This document shows positions 16,145 to 25,182 of a DNA stretch of 64,000 nucleotides, piece by piece. The DNA is taken from contig CAYORM010000006.1 of the NCBI GenBank assembly GCA_964406375.1, positions 14,167 to 78,166 of the forward strand, in the 5' to 3' direction. The translations under genes and the position numbers were made by a program. This DNA is from an uncultured Mycobacteriaceae bacterium. Its GTDB lineage: Bacteria > Pseudomonadota > Alphaproteobacteria > DSM-16000 > Inquilinaceae. The stretch's first letter is position 1; each line of letters starts with the position of its first letter. A model generated the notes under the pieces. That model was given only the letters and a program-made list of their open reading frames with translations. It was not told the origin of the DNA and made no database searches.

Positions 16145-16933
16145 TCAATCCCTGTCGAGCCCGCCGGAAAGGTTCAACCGCTCGGCCGTCAGATAGGCCG
16201 GCGCATCGCAGACGAGCCAGATGACGCCCTCGGCGATCTCCTCGCAGCCGGCGCGGTAGCCGAGCGGGATCCGGGCGGTACGCTCGGCGAGGAAGCGGTC
16301 GAAATCGCCGGTGCGGCCCTCGATCTCGGCGATCTGCCGCTCGGTCTTCTCCTGCAGCGCCGTGTCCATCATGCCGGGGGCGAGGCTGTTGACCTGGATG
16401 CCGAAGGGCGCGAGGGCGACCGCCGCGGCCCGCGTGATCGCATCGACCGCGGCCTTGCTGGCGGCATAGGCGAGATAGTTGGGCAGCGCCATGCGCGAGG
16501 CCGGCGAGGTGATGTTGACGATGCGGCCGCGCCGCTGCCCGGCCATCGCGCGCCCGGCCGCGGCGGTGGCCAGTGCCACCGCCCGGACATTGAGGTCGAG
16601 GGTGCGGTCCCAGGTCTCCGCGCGCATCTCGAGGAAGCGCTCGATCGTGCCGAACCCGGCATTGTTCACGAGGGCGTCGAGCCGGCCCTGGCGGGCCAGC
16701 ACCGCCTCGACCATGTGCGCCGGCGCATCGGCTTCGGAGAGATCGACCCGCTCGGCCCAGCCGCCGCATTCGGCGGCCGTGTCTGCCGCCCGCGCCGCAT
16801 CGATGTCGGCGACGCAGACGCGCCAGCCGCGCCGCCCGAGACCCAGCGCGATCGCCCGTCCCAGCCCCTGCGCACCGCCGGTGACGATGGCGACGGGCGT
16901 GCCCGCGCCACCCGCTTCCCCCGCCTCGCTCAT
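16145..16933 (-). CDS. SDR family oxidoreductase
   Basis: VAIVTGGAQGLGRAI (TGxxxGxG), NNAG, and YAASKAA (YxxxK). Confidence 0.88.
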   Translation of the reverse strand: MSEAGEAGGAGTPVAIVTGGAQGLGRAIALGLGRRGWRVCVADIDAARAADTAAECGGWAERVDLSEADAPAHMVEAVLARQGRLDALVNNAGFGTIERFLEMRAETWDRTLDLNVRAVALATAAAGRAMAGQRRGRIVNITSPASRMALPNYLAYAASKAAVDAITRAAAVALAPFGIQVNSLAPGMMDTALQEKTERQIAEIEGRTGDFDRFLAERTARIPLGYRAGCEEIAEGVIWLVCDAPAYLTAERLNLSGGLDRD

Positions 16934-16954
16934 CTCGGTTCGCTCCTCCAGATT

Positions 16955-16969
16955 ATGTTACCGGTATCA
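16955..16969. promoter_or_regulatory. LacI-family operator, copy 2 (ATGTTACCGGTATCA)
   Basis: Lies in the 94-bp divergent region between the SDR/transketolase operon (start 16933) and the LacI gene (start 17028). Read on the minus strand, the TAACAT half is a candidate -10. Confidence 0.65.
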
Positions 16970-17027
16970 CTAGCAGCGTCGCACGGAAGTGGCAAGGCCG
17001 CGGCGGGCGCCCTAACATCGTGGAATC

Positions 17028-18170
17028 GTGAGCGACACTTCGAGAAAACCCCGTCAGCGGGCGGGAAGCTGGATTCGCATGGATGACGTCGCGCGGCTCG
17101 CCGGCGTCGCCAAGATGACCGTCTCCCGCGCCCTCCGATCGCCCGACAAGGTGGCGGAAGAGACCCGTCGCCGGGTCGAGGACGCCATGCGCACGCTCGG
17201 CTATGTGCCGAACCGGATCGCCGGCAATCTGTCGGCGGCGCGCAGCACGCTCGTCGCCGTCATCGTGCCGACGATCCAGCACGCGATCTTCGCCGAGACG
17301 GTGCAGGGTCTGTCGGAGATCCTGCGCCCCGCCGGGCTGCAGCTGCTGGTCGCCGATACCGGCTATTCGATCGAACGCGAGGACGAGCTGGTCCTGTCGC
17401 TGCTCGGCCACCGTCCGTCCGCCGTGGTGCTGACCGGCACCACCCGGTCGGAGACCGGACGGCGGATGCTGGCGCGGCTGGACGTGCCGGTCGTCGAGAC
17501 CTGGGAGACGACCGATACGCCGGTCGACATGGCGGTGGGCTATTCCAACCGTGCCGCCGGCGAGCAGATGACGCGGGCGCTCATCGACTGCGGCTACCGC
17601 CGGATCGCCTTCGTCAACGGCCCGGTCGACCACAATGAGCGGGCGCTTCACCGCGAGGAGGGCTATGGCGCGGCGATCCGTGCGGCGGGGCTGGGCGAGC
17701 CGGTGATCCACCGCATCGCCGGCATCGACCGGATCCGCTACGACCAGGGACGGGAGGCGCTGGCGGCACTGCTCGACCGTCATGCGGATCTCGACGCCGT
17801 GTTCTTCACCAACGACGTTTTCGCGGTCGGCGGGGTGATGGAATGCCGTGCCCGCGGCATCCGGGTGCCCGACGAGATCGGCATCGCCGGCTTCCACGAC
17901 CTCGACGTCTCGCAGGTCTGCGAGCCGCCGGTGACGACCGTGCACGTCCCCGGCTATGAGATCGGCCGGCAGGCCGGCGATCTGATCGTCCGCCGGCTGG
18001 AGGGCGAACAGCTCGCCGGCACGCGGGTCGAGATCCCCTTCCGCCTCGTGATGCGGGCGAGCACCGCACGGACCGCCGCCGCCGGGCGAGCCGCGCCTCA
18101 GCGGGCCGCCGCCGGCAGGAAGAGGGCGAGGTCGGGGACGGCGAGCAGGAAGGCCAGCACCGCGAGCTGA
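17028..18170 (+). CDS. LacI family transcriptional regulator (GntR-of-E.-coli-like sugar-acid repressor type)
   Basis: GTG start. HTH region is MDDVARLAGVAKMTVSRALRSPDKVAEETRRRVEDAMRTLGYVPNRIAGNLS, followed by a periplasmic-binding-protein-like core. The 3' end overlaps dctM by 73 nt. Confidence 0.88.
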   Translation: MSDTSRKPRQRAGSWIRMDDVARLAGVAKMTVSRALRSPDKVAEETRRRVEDAMRTLGYVPNRIAGNLSAARSTLVAVIVPTIQHAIFAETVQGLSEILRPAGLQLLVADTGYSIEREDELVLSLLGHRPSAVVLTGTTRSETGRRMLARLDVPVVETWETTDTPVDMAVGYSNRAAGEQMTRALIDCGYRRIAFVNGPVDHNERALHREEGYGAAIRAAGLGEPVIHRIAGIDRIRYDQGREALAALLDRHADLDAVFFTNDVFAVGGVMECRARGIRVPDEIGIAGFHDLDVSQVCEPPVTTVHVPGYEIGRQAGDLIVRRLEGEQLAGTRVEIPFRLVMRASTARTAAAGRAAPQRAAAGRKRARSGTASRKASTAS

Positions 18171-19411
18171 AGCCCGATGAACGGGATCACCGAGCGGAAG
18201 ATCTCCGCCAGCGTCACATCGGGTGGTGCCACGCCCTTGAGGTAGAAGCAGGACGGACCGAAGGGCGGCGAGACATAGGCGATCTGCATCGCCACGCAGA
18301 AGACGATGCCGAACCAGACCGGATCATAGCCCAGGGTACGCACCACCGGCACGAAGACCGGCATCACCAGAAGGCAGATGCCGATCCAGTCCATGAAGCA
18401 GCCGAGCACCAAGAGGATCGCCACCATGACCAGGATGATGCCCATCGGCGGGAGGTCCATCCCGGCGAACAGCCCCTGCAGGTAATGCGTGCCGCCGAGC
18501 AGGTTGTAGGCGCCGATCAGCGCGGTCGCGCCGAAGGTCAGCCAGATCAGATTGCCGCAGGTGATCAGCGTCTGCGTCAGCGCGGCGCGCAGCTGCGCGA
18601 GGTCGAGCTCGCGGCGCGACAGGGCGATGGCGAGCGCGCCGAGGGCGCCGAGCCCCGCCGCCTCAGTCACCGTCGCGACGCCGCCATAGATCGTGCCGAG
18701 CACCAGCACCACCAGCAGCACCGGCAGCGCCACCGCCTTCGCCGCCGCCAGCTTCTCGGCGGCGCTCACGACATGGCCGGTATCGGCGGGCAGCGGCGCA
18801 CTCGCCGGATCGAGCTGGGCGCGCAGCACAACATAGCCGATATAGAGCAGCGCCATCACGATGCCGGGGCCGATCGCCGCGAGGAACAGGTCCCCGATCG
18901 AGGCGCCAGCCATCAGCCCGTAGAAGATCAGCACGACGCTGGGCGGGATCATCGCGCCGAGCGAGCCGCCGGCGCAGATGGCGCCCATGGCGAGCCGCCG
19001 GTCGTAACCCAGCTTCAGCATCTGAGGCAGCGCGACGAGGCCGAGGATGACGATCTCGCCGCCGGCGACCCCCATCATCGCCGCCATGATCACCGCGAGC
19101 AGCAATGTCTGCACCGCGACGCCGCCGCGCCATCGCCCCGACCACAGATGCAGCGCCTGGTAGAGATCGCGCGCCACGCCCGATCGTTCGAGGATCGAGG
19201 CCATCAGCACGAAGAAGGGAACGGCGACCAACGAGTATTCGAGTGACAGCGTGCCGATCCGGCTGGCCACGAGCCGCAGCCCCGCCGGTCCGGTCGTCAT
19301 CAGGACGAGGCCAATCGCGACCGTGAAGGTGACGATCGCGAGCGGCACCCGCATCAGCATGAGGATGACCATCGCGGCCACGAGGCCGGCGGTCACGAGC
19401 CCGAGATCCAT
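18098..19411 (-). CDS. dctM: TRAP transporter large permease subunit
   Basis: 437 aa, polytopic, DctM-like throughout. Confidence 0.88.
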   Translation of the reverse strand: MDLGLVTAGLVAAMVILMLMRVPLAIVTFTVAIGLVLMTTGPAGLRLVASRIGTLSLEYSLVAVPFFVLMASILERSGVARDLYQALHLWSGRWRGGVAVQTLLLAVIMAAMMGVAGGEIVILGLVALPQMLKLGYDRRLAMGAICAGGSLGAMIPPSVVLIFYGLMAGASIGDLFLAAIGPGIVMALLYIGYVVLRAQLDPASAPLPADTGHVVSAAEKLAAAKAVALPVLLVVLVLGTIYGGVATVTEAAGLGALGALAIALSRRELDLAQLRAALTQTLITCGNLIWLTFGATALIGAYNLLGGTHYLQGLFAGMDLPPMGIILVMVAILLVLGCFMDWIGICLLVMPVFVPVVRTLGYDPVWFGIVFCVAMQIAYVSPPFGPSCFYLKGVAPPDVTLAEIFRSVIPFIGLQLAVLAFLLAVPDLALFLPAAAR

Positions 19412-19414
19412 CGC

Positions 19415-19912
19415 TCAATCCCTCGCGGCGCCGGCCGCGAGGCGGCGGATGGCCTGGACCGTGACGCCGATCGCGTGGAGCAGCATCAGCACGAGGCCGA
19501 TCCAGATGGTGGGCAGCAGCAGCGCCGGGATCGGCGGATTCCAGGCACTGCCCGAGGTCTCCCAGCGCATCATCGTCACCCAGGCGGGCGAGGCCGTGGC
19601 ATAGGCCAGAATGGCGAAGCAGGCGGTGCCGACGACGCCGTTCACGATGTCCAGCCGCAGCCGCCAATGCCCCGGGAGGACGTCATAGAGGGAGGAGATG
19701 GCGATCTGCTGGCCCTTCCGGGCCGCGCAATACCCGCCGATCAGGAAGCCGATGGCGCAGAGGAAGGTCGTCGTCTCATGCGCCCACAGGGTCGGCGCAT
19801 CGAAGACGTAGCGGGCCACCACCTCATAGCCGGTGACCGCGATCCCGGCGAGGAAGCACCAGCAGACGATCGCGCCCAGCCATCCGGCCAGGCGGTCGAG
19901 CGCAGCTTCCAT
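19415..19912 (-). CDS. dctQ: TRAP transporter small permease subunit
   Basis: 165 aa with four hydrophobic helices, positioned between the DctP and DctM genes. Confidence 0.8.
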   Translation of the reverse strand: MEAALDRLAGWLGAIVCWCFLAGIAVTGYEVVARYVFDAPTLWAHETTTFLCAIGFLIGGYCAARKGQQIAISSLYDVLPGHWRLRLDIVNGVVGTACFAILAYATASPAWVTMMRWETSGSAWNPPIPALLLPTIWIGLVLMLLHAIGVTVQAIRRLAAGAARD

Positions 19913-19977
19913 CCCTCTCCCCTTTTATCCCCCAAGCCACGCGCGGGACGGCCAGCGGGGGCCGCCCCGTTTCGCGC

Positions 19978-21000
19978 TCAGTCGAGCAGGCCGATACGGG
20001 CCATGAAAGCCCGGTGCGCCTCGAGCACCCGCTGCGCCTCCGGACTGTCGGCTGCATAGGCCTCCCAGCCGCCCGCCGCGATCTCGCGGAAGCGGGCGCG
20101 GTCCTCGCTCGACCAGTCGATCACCTCGACGCCGCCGGCCTCGGCATCGGCCCGCAGCGCATCGGCGTCGGCGAGGTCGGAGCGCATCAGCAGCCGCAGC
20201 TGCAGTTCGTCCGACATCGCCAGCATGATCGCCTTCACATCCTCCGGCAGCGCGTCCCAGCGCGCTTTCGTCACCGTGATCTGGTGCAGCGGCATCGAAT
20301 GGATGCCGGGATAGATCGGGTAGGGCGCGATCGTGTGATAGCCGAGATCGTGGTTCAGCGCGTAGACGCCGGCATCGGCGGCGCTGATCACCCCCTGTTC
20401 GAGCGAGGTGTAGATCTCCGAGACGGGCAGGCCGACCGGGGTGGCGCCGGCGCGGCTCAGCACCTCGGAGGCGAGGCCGGCGGGCGCGCGGACCTTCACC
20501 CCGGCGAGATCGTCGAGGGTGCGGATCGGTACCGCCGAGACGAATGCCTCACGGCCGGTGACGACGCAGCCGATCGCCTGGACGTCATAGGGGTCGACCA
20601 GCTCCTGCAGCAGCTCCATCCCGCCGCCATAGCGGCAGAACTGGTAGACCTGCCAGGGGCTGTCATAACCGGCCGTGAGGTCGCCGAGCACGGCGAAGGC
20701 CTTGTCCTTGCCGGTCGAGACGTTGATGCCGGTGAACTCGCCGTCGAGGATCCCGTCGCCGACCGCCTCCATCACCTCGGTCAGCCCGACCACCGCGCCG
20801 ATCGGCAGCCATTCGATCTCGACCCGGCCACCCGTCGCGACGGCCACGTCATCGGCCCATTCCTCGAGCACCTGATAGATCAGATCGCCGGCGACCGTGG
20901 AGACCTGCATCCGCCAGACCTCTGCCTGGGCCGCCCCCGCCATGCCGGCCAGGAGCGCCGCCGCCCCGACGCCCAGCGCGAACCTCGTCGCATTCCTCAT
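19978..21000 (-). CDS. dctP: TRAP transporter substrate-binding protein (DctP family)
   Basis: MRNATRFALGVGAAALLAGMAGAAQA is a signal peptide. ATG at 21000 has a GGAGGA Shine-Dalgarno sequence. It is the first gene of the dctPQM order. Confidence 0.82.
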   Translation of the reverse strand: MRNATRFALGVGAAALLAGMAGAAQAEVWRMQVSTVAGDLIYQVLEEWADDVAVATGGRVEIEWLPIGAVVGLTEVMEAVGDGILDGEFTGINVSTGKDKAFAVLGDLTAGYDSPWQVYQFCRYGGGMELLQELVDPYDVQAIGCVVTGREAFVSAVPIRTLDDLAGVKVRAPAGLASEVLSRAGATPVGLPVSEIYTSLEQGVISAADAGVYALNHDLGYHTIAPYPIYPGIHSMPLHQITVTKARWDALPEDVKAIMLAMSDELQLRLLMRSDLADADALRADAEAGGVEVIDWSSEDRARFREIAAGGWEAYAADSPEAQRVLEAHRAFMARIGLLD

Positions 21001-21052
21001 CGCTTTCCTCCCACATAGGCACGCCGGCACGGCCCGACGCGTCGATCGCTGA

Positions 21053-21067
21053 ATGTTACCGGTATCA
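21053..21067. promoter_or_regulatory. LacI-family operator, copy 3 (ATGTTACCGGTATCA)
   Basis: Identical 15-mer to copy 2. It lies 53 nt upstream of the dctP start. Confidence 0.65.
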
Positions 21068-21143
21068 CATCATGGGCCGCAGCGACGGTCAAGGCGGATG
21101 CCGCGCTTGGGGATACGATTCGATACGGGGTGGAGCGGCGGGC

Positions 21144-21926
21144 CTAGCGCCCGCGCCAGACCGGGTCGCGCTTCTCTGCGAAGGCGCGGGCGCCCTCGCG
21201 CTGGTCCTCGCTGCCGTAGAGCCGGTCGACCGATGGCAGCCGGCGCCCTGTGACGAGCCCAAGCGCCTGTCGGAACGGCATCCCCTCGGTCTCCCGCGCC
21301 ACCTCCTTGATCGCCGCGAAGACGAGCGGCGGCCCGGCCGCGAGCCGGTCGGCGAGGGCCCGGGCCCGGTCGAGCAGCTCATCCGGTGCCAGGAGCTCCG
21401 AGACGAGGCCCCAGCGATGTGCCTCCTCGGCCTCCATGAAGCGGCCGGTGAACAGCAGGTCCATCGCGATGTGATAGGGGATGCGCCGGGGCAGACGGAT
21501 CGTCGCCGCATCGGCCAGCGTGCCGGCACGGATCTCCGGCAGGGCGAAACGTGCCCCGGTCGCGGCGAGGATCAGATCGCAGGACAGCGCCAGCTCGAAA
21601 CCGCCACCGACCGCCATGCCGTTCACCGCCGCGATCACCGGCTTGTCGAGACCCGGCAAGGCCTGGAGGCCGCCGAACCCGCCGACCCCGTAATCGCTGT
21701 CCGGCCGTTCGCCGGCGGCCGCGGCCTTCAGATCCCAGCCGGCCGAGAAGAACCGCCCCGTACCGGTCAGGATGGCGACGCGCAGCTCCGGGTCGTCGCG
21801 AAAGGCGGCGAACGCCTCGCCCATCCGCCGGCTGGTCGCCGCATCGATGGCATTCGCCTTGGGCCGGTCGAGCCTCACCTCGAGCACGGCACCGCGCCGC
21901 GTGAGGATGAGCGGGTCGGCGGTCAT
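21144..21926 (-). CDS. caiD: crotonobetainyl-CoA hydratase / carnitinyl-CoA dehydratase (CaiD-like crotonase)
   Basis: Near-colinear with E. coli CaiD as I recall it: LDRPKANAID, FFSAGWDLKAAA, LDKPVIAAVNG.A.GGGFELAL, and a C-terminus AFAEKRDPVWRGR (CaiD ends ..AFAEKRDPVWKGR). Confidence 0.85.
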   Translation of the reverse strand: MTADPLILTRRGAVLEVRLDRPKANAIDAATSRRMGEAFAAFRDDPELRVAILTGTGRFFSAGWDLKAAAAGERPDSDYGVGGFGGLQALPGLDKPVIAAVNGMAVGGGFELALSCDLILAATGARFALPEIRAGTLADAATIRLPRRIPYHIAMDLLFTGRFMEAEEAHRWGLVSELLAPDELLDRARALADRLAAGPPLVFAAIKEVARETEGMPFRQALGLVTGRRLPSVDRLYGSEDQREGARAFAEKRDPVWRGR

Positions 21927-24001
21927 GTCGGGTCCTTCATGTCAGATCCCTCCACCAGGGTGACGAGCGCATCGGCTACGACCGCGCCCCGGCCCTTCGG
22001 CAGCACGATCAGCGGGTTGATGTCGAGCTCGAGCAGCCGGTCGGCATGGGCGAGGGCGAAGCGGGCTAGCGCCATCACCGCATCGGCTGCGGCATCGAGA
22101 TCGGCGGGCGGTGCGCCGCGGAAACCGTCGAGAAGCGGCGCTATGCGCAGGGATCGGAGTGCCGCTGTGACCTCCGCGCGCGTCACCGGCAGCAGCAGGA
22201 TGCGGCTGTCCTGCAGCAGCTCGGTCAGCACCCCGCCGGCGCCGAGGACGAGATGCAGCCCCATGACCGGATCGCGGGCGACGCCGAGCAGCAGCTCGAC
22301 GCGCGCCATGCCGGCGCCTGCCATGCGTTCGACCAGCACCGCCTCCCCCAGCGGTGCGAGCGCCCGCCAGGCCTCGCGCAACGCCGCCTCATCGGCGAGA
22401 CCGACCCGCACGGCACCGCGTTCGGTCTTGTGAAGGAGGTCCGCGCCGGCGGCCTTCGCCACGACCGGCCAGCCGAGCCGCGCTGCCGCGGCGACGGCCT
22501 CGGCCTCCGACCGGCAGAGGGCGTGGTCGGGGATCGGGAGCCCCCAATCGGCGAGCAGAGCCTTGGCCGCGACCTCGGCCAGCACGATGCGGCGGCCGGC
22601 CGCCACCGGCGTCGGCGGCGCGATCGGCCGGGGGTCCGAGGCCCCCAGCAGCGCCGCCGCCTCCAGCGCCGCGAGGCCGTCCGCGATGCCGAAGAGCGGG
22701 ACGACCCCGCGCGCCGCCAGCGTCTCGGCCATGCCGGGCGGCATCGTCTCCGGGATGGTGGCGATCAGCGCCGTGCGGGTGCCGGTCGCTGCCGCCGCAT
22801 CGGCGAGTGCCAGGGCAGAGGCGTCCCACTCACCGACATCGCCCAACTCGGCACGTGGCCAGTCGAGCAGCAGCACCGTGGCGTCCTGGCCCGCCTCCAT
22901 CACCGCCGTGAAGGTGGCGGCGAGGCGCTGCCGGTCACCCCAGTCGAAAGTGTGGTAGTCGAAGGGGTTGGAGATGGTGACCAGCGGCTGGGTGGTGCGG
23001 GCGATCCGTGCCCTGTCCTCCTCGGTGAACGGCGGCAGCGTGAGCGACCGCCCTGCCACCGCATCCGCCATCAGCGCCGCCTCGCCGCCCGAGCATTGCA
23101 GGCTGACGATTCGCCGGCCGCGCAGCGGGCCGCCGACATGCAGCACCTTCAGCGTCTCGAGCAGCGCGGTGAGGCTGCCGACCTCGGCGACGCCGATCCG
23201 GGCGAAATAGGCACTGGCCACCGCCGCGCCGCCCGACAATGACGCCGTGTGCGACAGCGCGAGCGCGGCCCCGGCCTCCGAGCGGCCGCTCTTGAGGACG
23301 ACGGCGCGGATGCCGCGCGCGGCCGCTACCGCCACAGCCTCGGCCAGCCCGGCGGGATCGGCGATGCCCTCGACATGCAGGCCGATCGCGGTGATCCGCG
23401 GATCCTCGGCCAGGGCCGCGACCGTCTCGGCCAGGCCGATCGCCGCCTGATTGCCCAGCGCCACCACCATCGCCACGGGCAGGCCGCGCCGGCTCATCGT
23501 GAGGTTGATCGCGATGTTGCTCGACTGGGTGACGAGCGCAACGCCCCGTTCGACGGGCACCGCGCCATGCAGGTCGGGCCACAGCGCCGCCCGATCGAGA
23601 GCGTTGACGAAGCCGTAGCAGTTCGGGCCGAGGACGGGCATCGCGCCCGCCGCCGCGCACAGCGCGTCCTGCAGCGCCGCCCCTTCTGCGTCGGTTTCGC
23701 GGAAGCCGGCGGCGTAGCAGACGGCGCCGCCGGCGCCGACCGCCGCGAGCGCGCGCACGACCTCGACCGTCGCCACCCGATTGACGCCGATGAAGACCGC
23801 GTCGGGCGCCTCGGGCAGCGCGTCGATGCGCGGCACGCAGGGACGCCCCTCGACCATGCGGTGCTCGGGATGGACCGCCCAGATCGGACCGTCGAAGCCC
23901 AGCCGGTCGCATTGCCGGATGACGCGCGCTGCCGGGCGGCCGCCGACGACCGCGATGCTGCGCGGCCGGAGGAGGCGGGTGAGGCGTCCCTCGGCCGCCA
24001 T
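21923..24001 (-). CDS. ADP-forming acyl-CoA synthetase (CoA-binding plus ATP-grasp domains); candidate gamma-butyrobetainyl-CoA synthetase
   Basis: RPRSIAVVGG.., VFIGV.., ..VLGPNCYGF.. (succinyl-CoA-synthetase-like alpha part), then a C-terminal ATP-grasp part. ATG at 24001 follows GAGG. The longer track ORF overlaps the upstream gene. Confidence 0.8.
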   Translation of the reverse strand: MAAEGRLTRLLRPRSIAVVGGRPAARVIRQCDRLGFDGPIWAVHPEHRMVEGRPCVPRIDALPEAPDAVFIGVNRVATVEVVRALAAVGAGGAVCYAAGFRETDAEGAALQDALCAAAGAMPVLGPNCYGFVNALDRAALWPDLHGAVPVERGVALVTQSSNIAINLTMSRRGLPVAMVVALGNQAAIGLAETVAALAEDPRITAIGLHVEGIADPAGLAEAVAVAAARGIRAVVLKSGRSEAGAALALSHTASLSGGAAVASAYFARIGVAEVGSLTALLETLKVLHVGGPLRGRRIVSLQCSGGEAALMADAVAGRSLTLPPFTEEDRARIARTTQPLVTISNPFDYHTFDWGDRQRLAATFTAVMEAGQDATVLLLDWPRAELGDVGEWDASALALADAAAATGTRTALIATIPETMPPGMAETLAARGVVPLFGIADGLAALEAAALLGASDPRPIAPPTPVAAGRRIVLAEVAAKALLADWGLPIPDHALCRSEAEAVAAAARLGWPVVAKAAGADLLHKTERGAVRVGLADEAALREAWRALAPLGEAVLVERMAGAGMARVELLLGVARDPVMGLHLVLGAGGVLTELLQDSRILLLPVTRAEVTAALRSLRIAPLLDGFRGAPPADLDAAADAVMALARFALAHADRLLELDINPLIVLPKGRGAVVADALVTLVEGSDMKDPT

Positions 24002-24008
24002 CCTCGCC

Positions 24009-25169
24009 TCAGGCCCCCAGCGGACGCAGCAGGTCGCGGGCGATGATGTGGCGCTGGATCTCGCTGGTGCCGTCCCAGATCCGCTCGACCCGCGCATCGC
24101 GCCACAACCGTTCGAGCGGCAGATCGTCCATCAGCCCCATGCCGCCATGGATCTGGATCGCCGCATCGGTCACCCGCCCCAGCATCTCGCTGGCGTAGAG
24201 CTTGGCGCTCGCGATCTCGCGATCGGCCTTCAGGCCGCGATCCAGCCGCCAGGCGGCGGCGAGCGTCAGCCAGTCGGCGGCGTCGATCTCGGTCACCATG
24301 TCGGCGAGCTGGAAGCCTATGCCCTGGAACCGGCCGATCGGCTCGCCGAACTGCCGGCGGGTGGCGGCGTAGCGGAGGGCGAGGTCGAAGGCGCGTCGCG
24401 CCCGGCCGACGCAGGCGGCGGCGACGGTCAGCCGCGTCGCCGACAGCCAGCGATTCATCACCGCAAAGCCCTGATCGACCTCGCCGAGCACCTGCGCATC
24501 GGGCAGGCGGCAGCCATCGAAGACGAGGATGACATTGTGATAGCCGCGATGTGAGACCGAGCGGTAGCCGGGCCGGATGGTGAAGCCCTTCGTGCCCCGG
24601 TCGACGAGGAAGGCGGTGATGGTCTTCTTCGGCCCGCGCGGCGTCGTCTCCTCGCCGGTCGCCATGAACACGACGAAGAAATCGGCGATGTCGCCATGGC
24701 TGATGAAGTGCTTGGTGCCGTCGAGCACCCAGTCGCTGCCGTCGCGCCGGGCCGTCGCCTTCATGCCGCGGACGTCGGAGCCGGCCTCGGGCTCCGTCAT
24801 CGCCAGCGCGTCGATCCGCTCGCCGCGGATGGCAGGGAGGAGGTAGCGGTCGCGCTGATCCCCGGTGCAGGCGAGCAGGATGTTGGATGGCCGGCCCCAA
24901 TGCACGGTGAGTGCCATCGACGCCCGGCCCAGCTCCCGCTCGAGCAGGGTCAGCGTCACGGGGTCGAGCCCGCCGCCGCCCAGCTCGGCCGGCATGTTGG
25001 GGGCATAGAAGCCGAGATCGAGCACCTTGCGGCGGATTTCGGCGCCGATCGCGGGGTCGAGGCTGCCGCTGCGCTCCACCTCGGCCTCGAGCGGGTAGAG
25101 TTCCCGCTCGACGAAGGCGCGCACGGTCTCGACCACCATCTCCTGCTCCGGCGTCAGGCCGAATTCCAT
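24009..25169 (-). CDS. acyl-CoA dehydrogenase family protein; candidate gamma-butyrobetainyl-CoA dehydrogenase
   Basis: 386 aa. LAMTEPEAGSD, the ..QFG.PI..FQ.. region, and C-terminal IWDGTSEIQRHIIAR are typical ACAD motifs. Confidence 0.88.
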   Translation of the reverse strand: MEFGLTPEQEMVVETVRAFVERELYPLEAEVERSGSLDPAIGAEIRRKVLDLGFYAPNMPAELGGGGLDPVTLTLLERELGRASMALTVHWGRPSNILLACTGDQRDRYLLPAIRGERIDALAMTEPEAGSDVRGMKATARRDGSDWVLDGTKHFISHGDIADFFVVFMATGEETTPRGPKKTITAFLVDRGTKGFTIRPGYRSVSHRGYHNVILVFDGCRLPDAQVLGEVDQGFAVMNRWLSATRLTVAAACVGRARRAFDLALRYAATRRQFGEPIGRFQGIGFQLADMVTEIDAADWLTLAAAWRLDRGLKADREIASAKLYASEMLGRVTDAAIQIHGGMGLMDDLPLERLWRDARVERIWDGTSEIQRHIIARDLLRPLGA

Positions 25170-25182
25170 CGCGGCGCCCTCC

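Noticed and set aside
21068-21143. GGGGATACGATTCGATACGGGG between caiD and the TRAP operator as a terminator or operator
   Set aside because: It is a short direct repeat (GATACG twice), not an inverted repeat. It cannot form a hairpin and has no second copy in the window.
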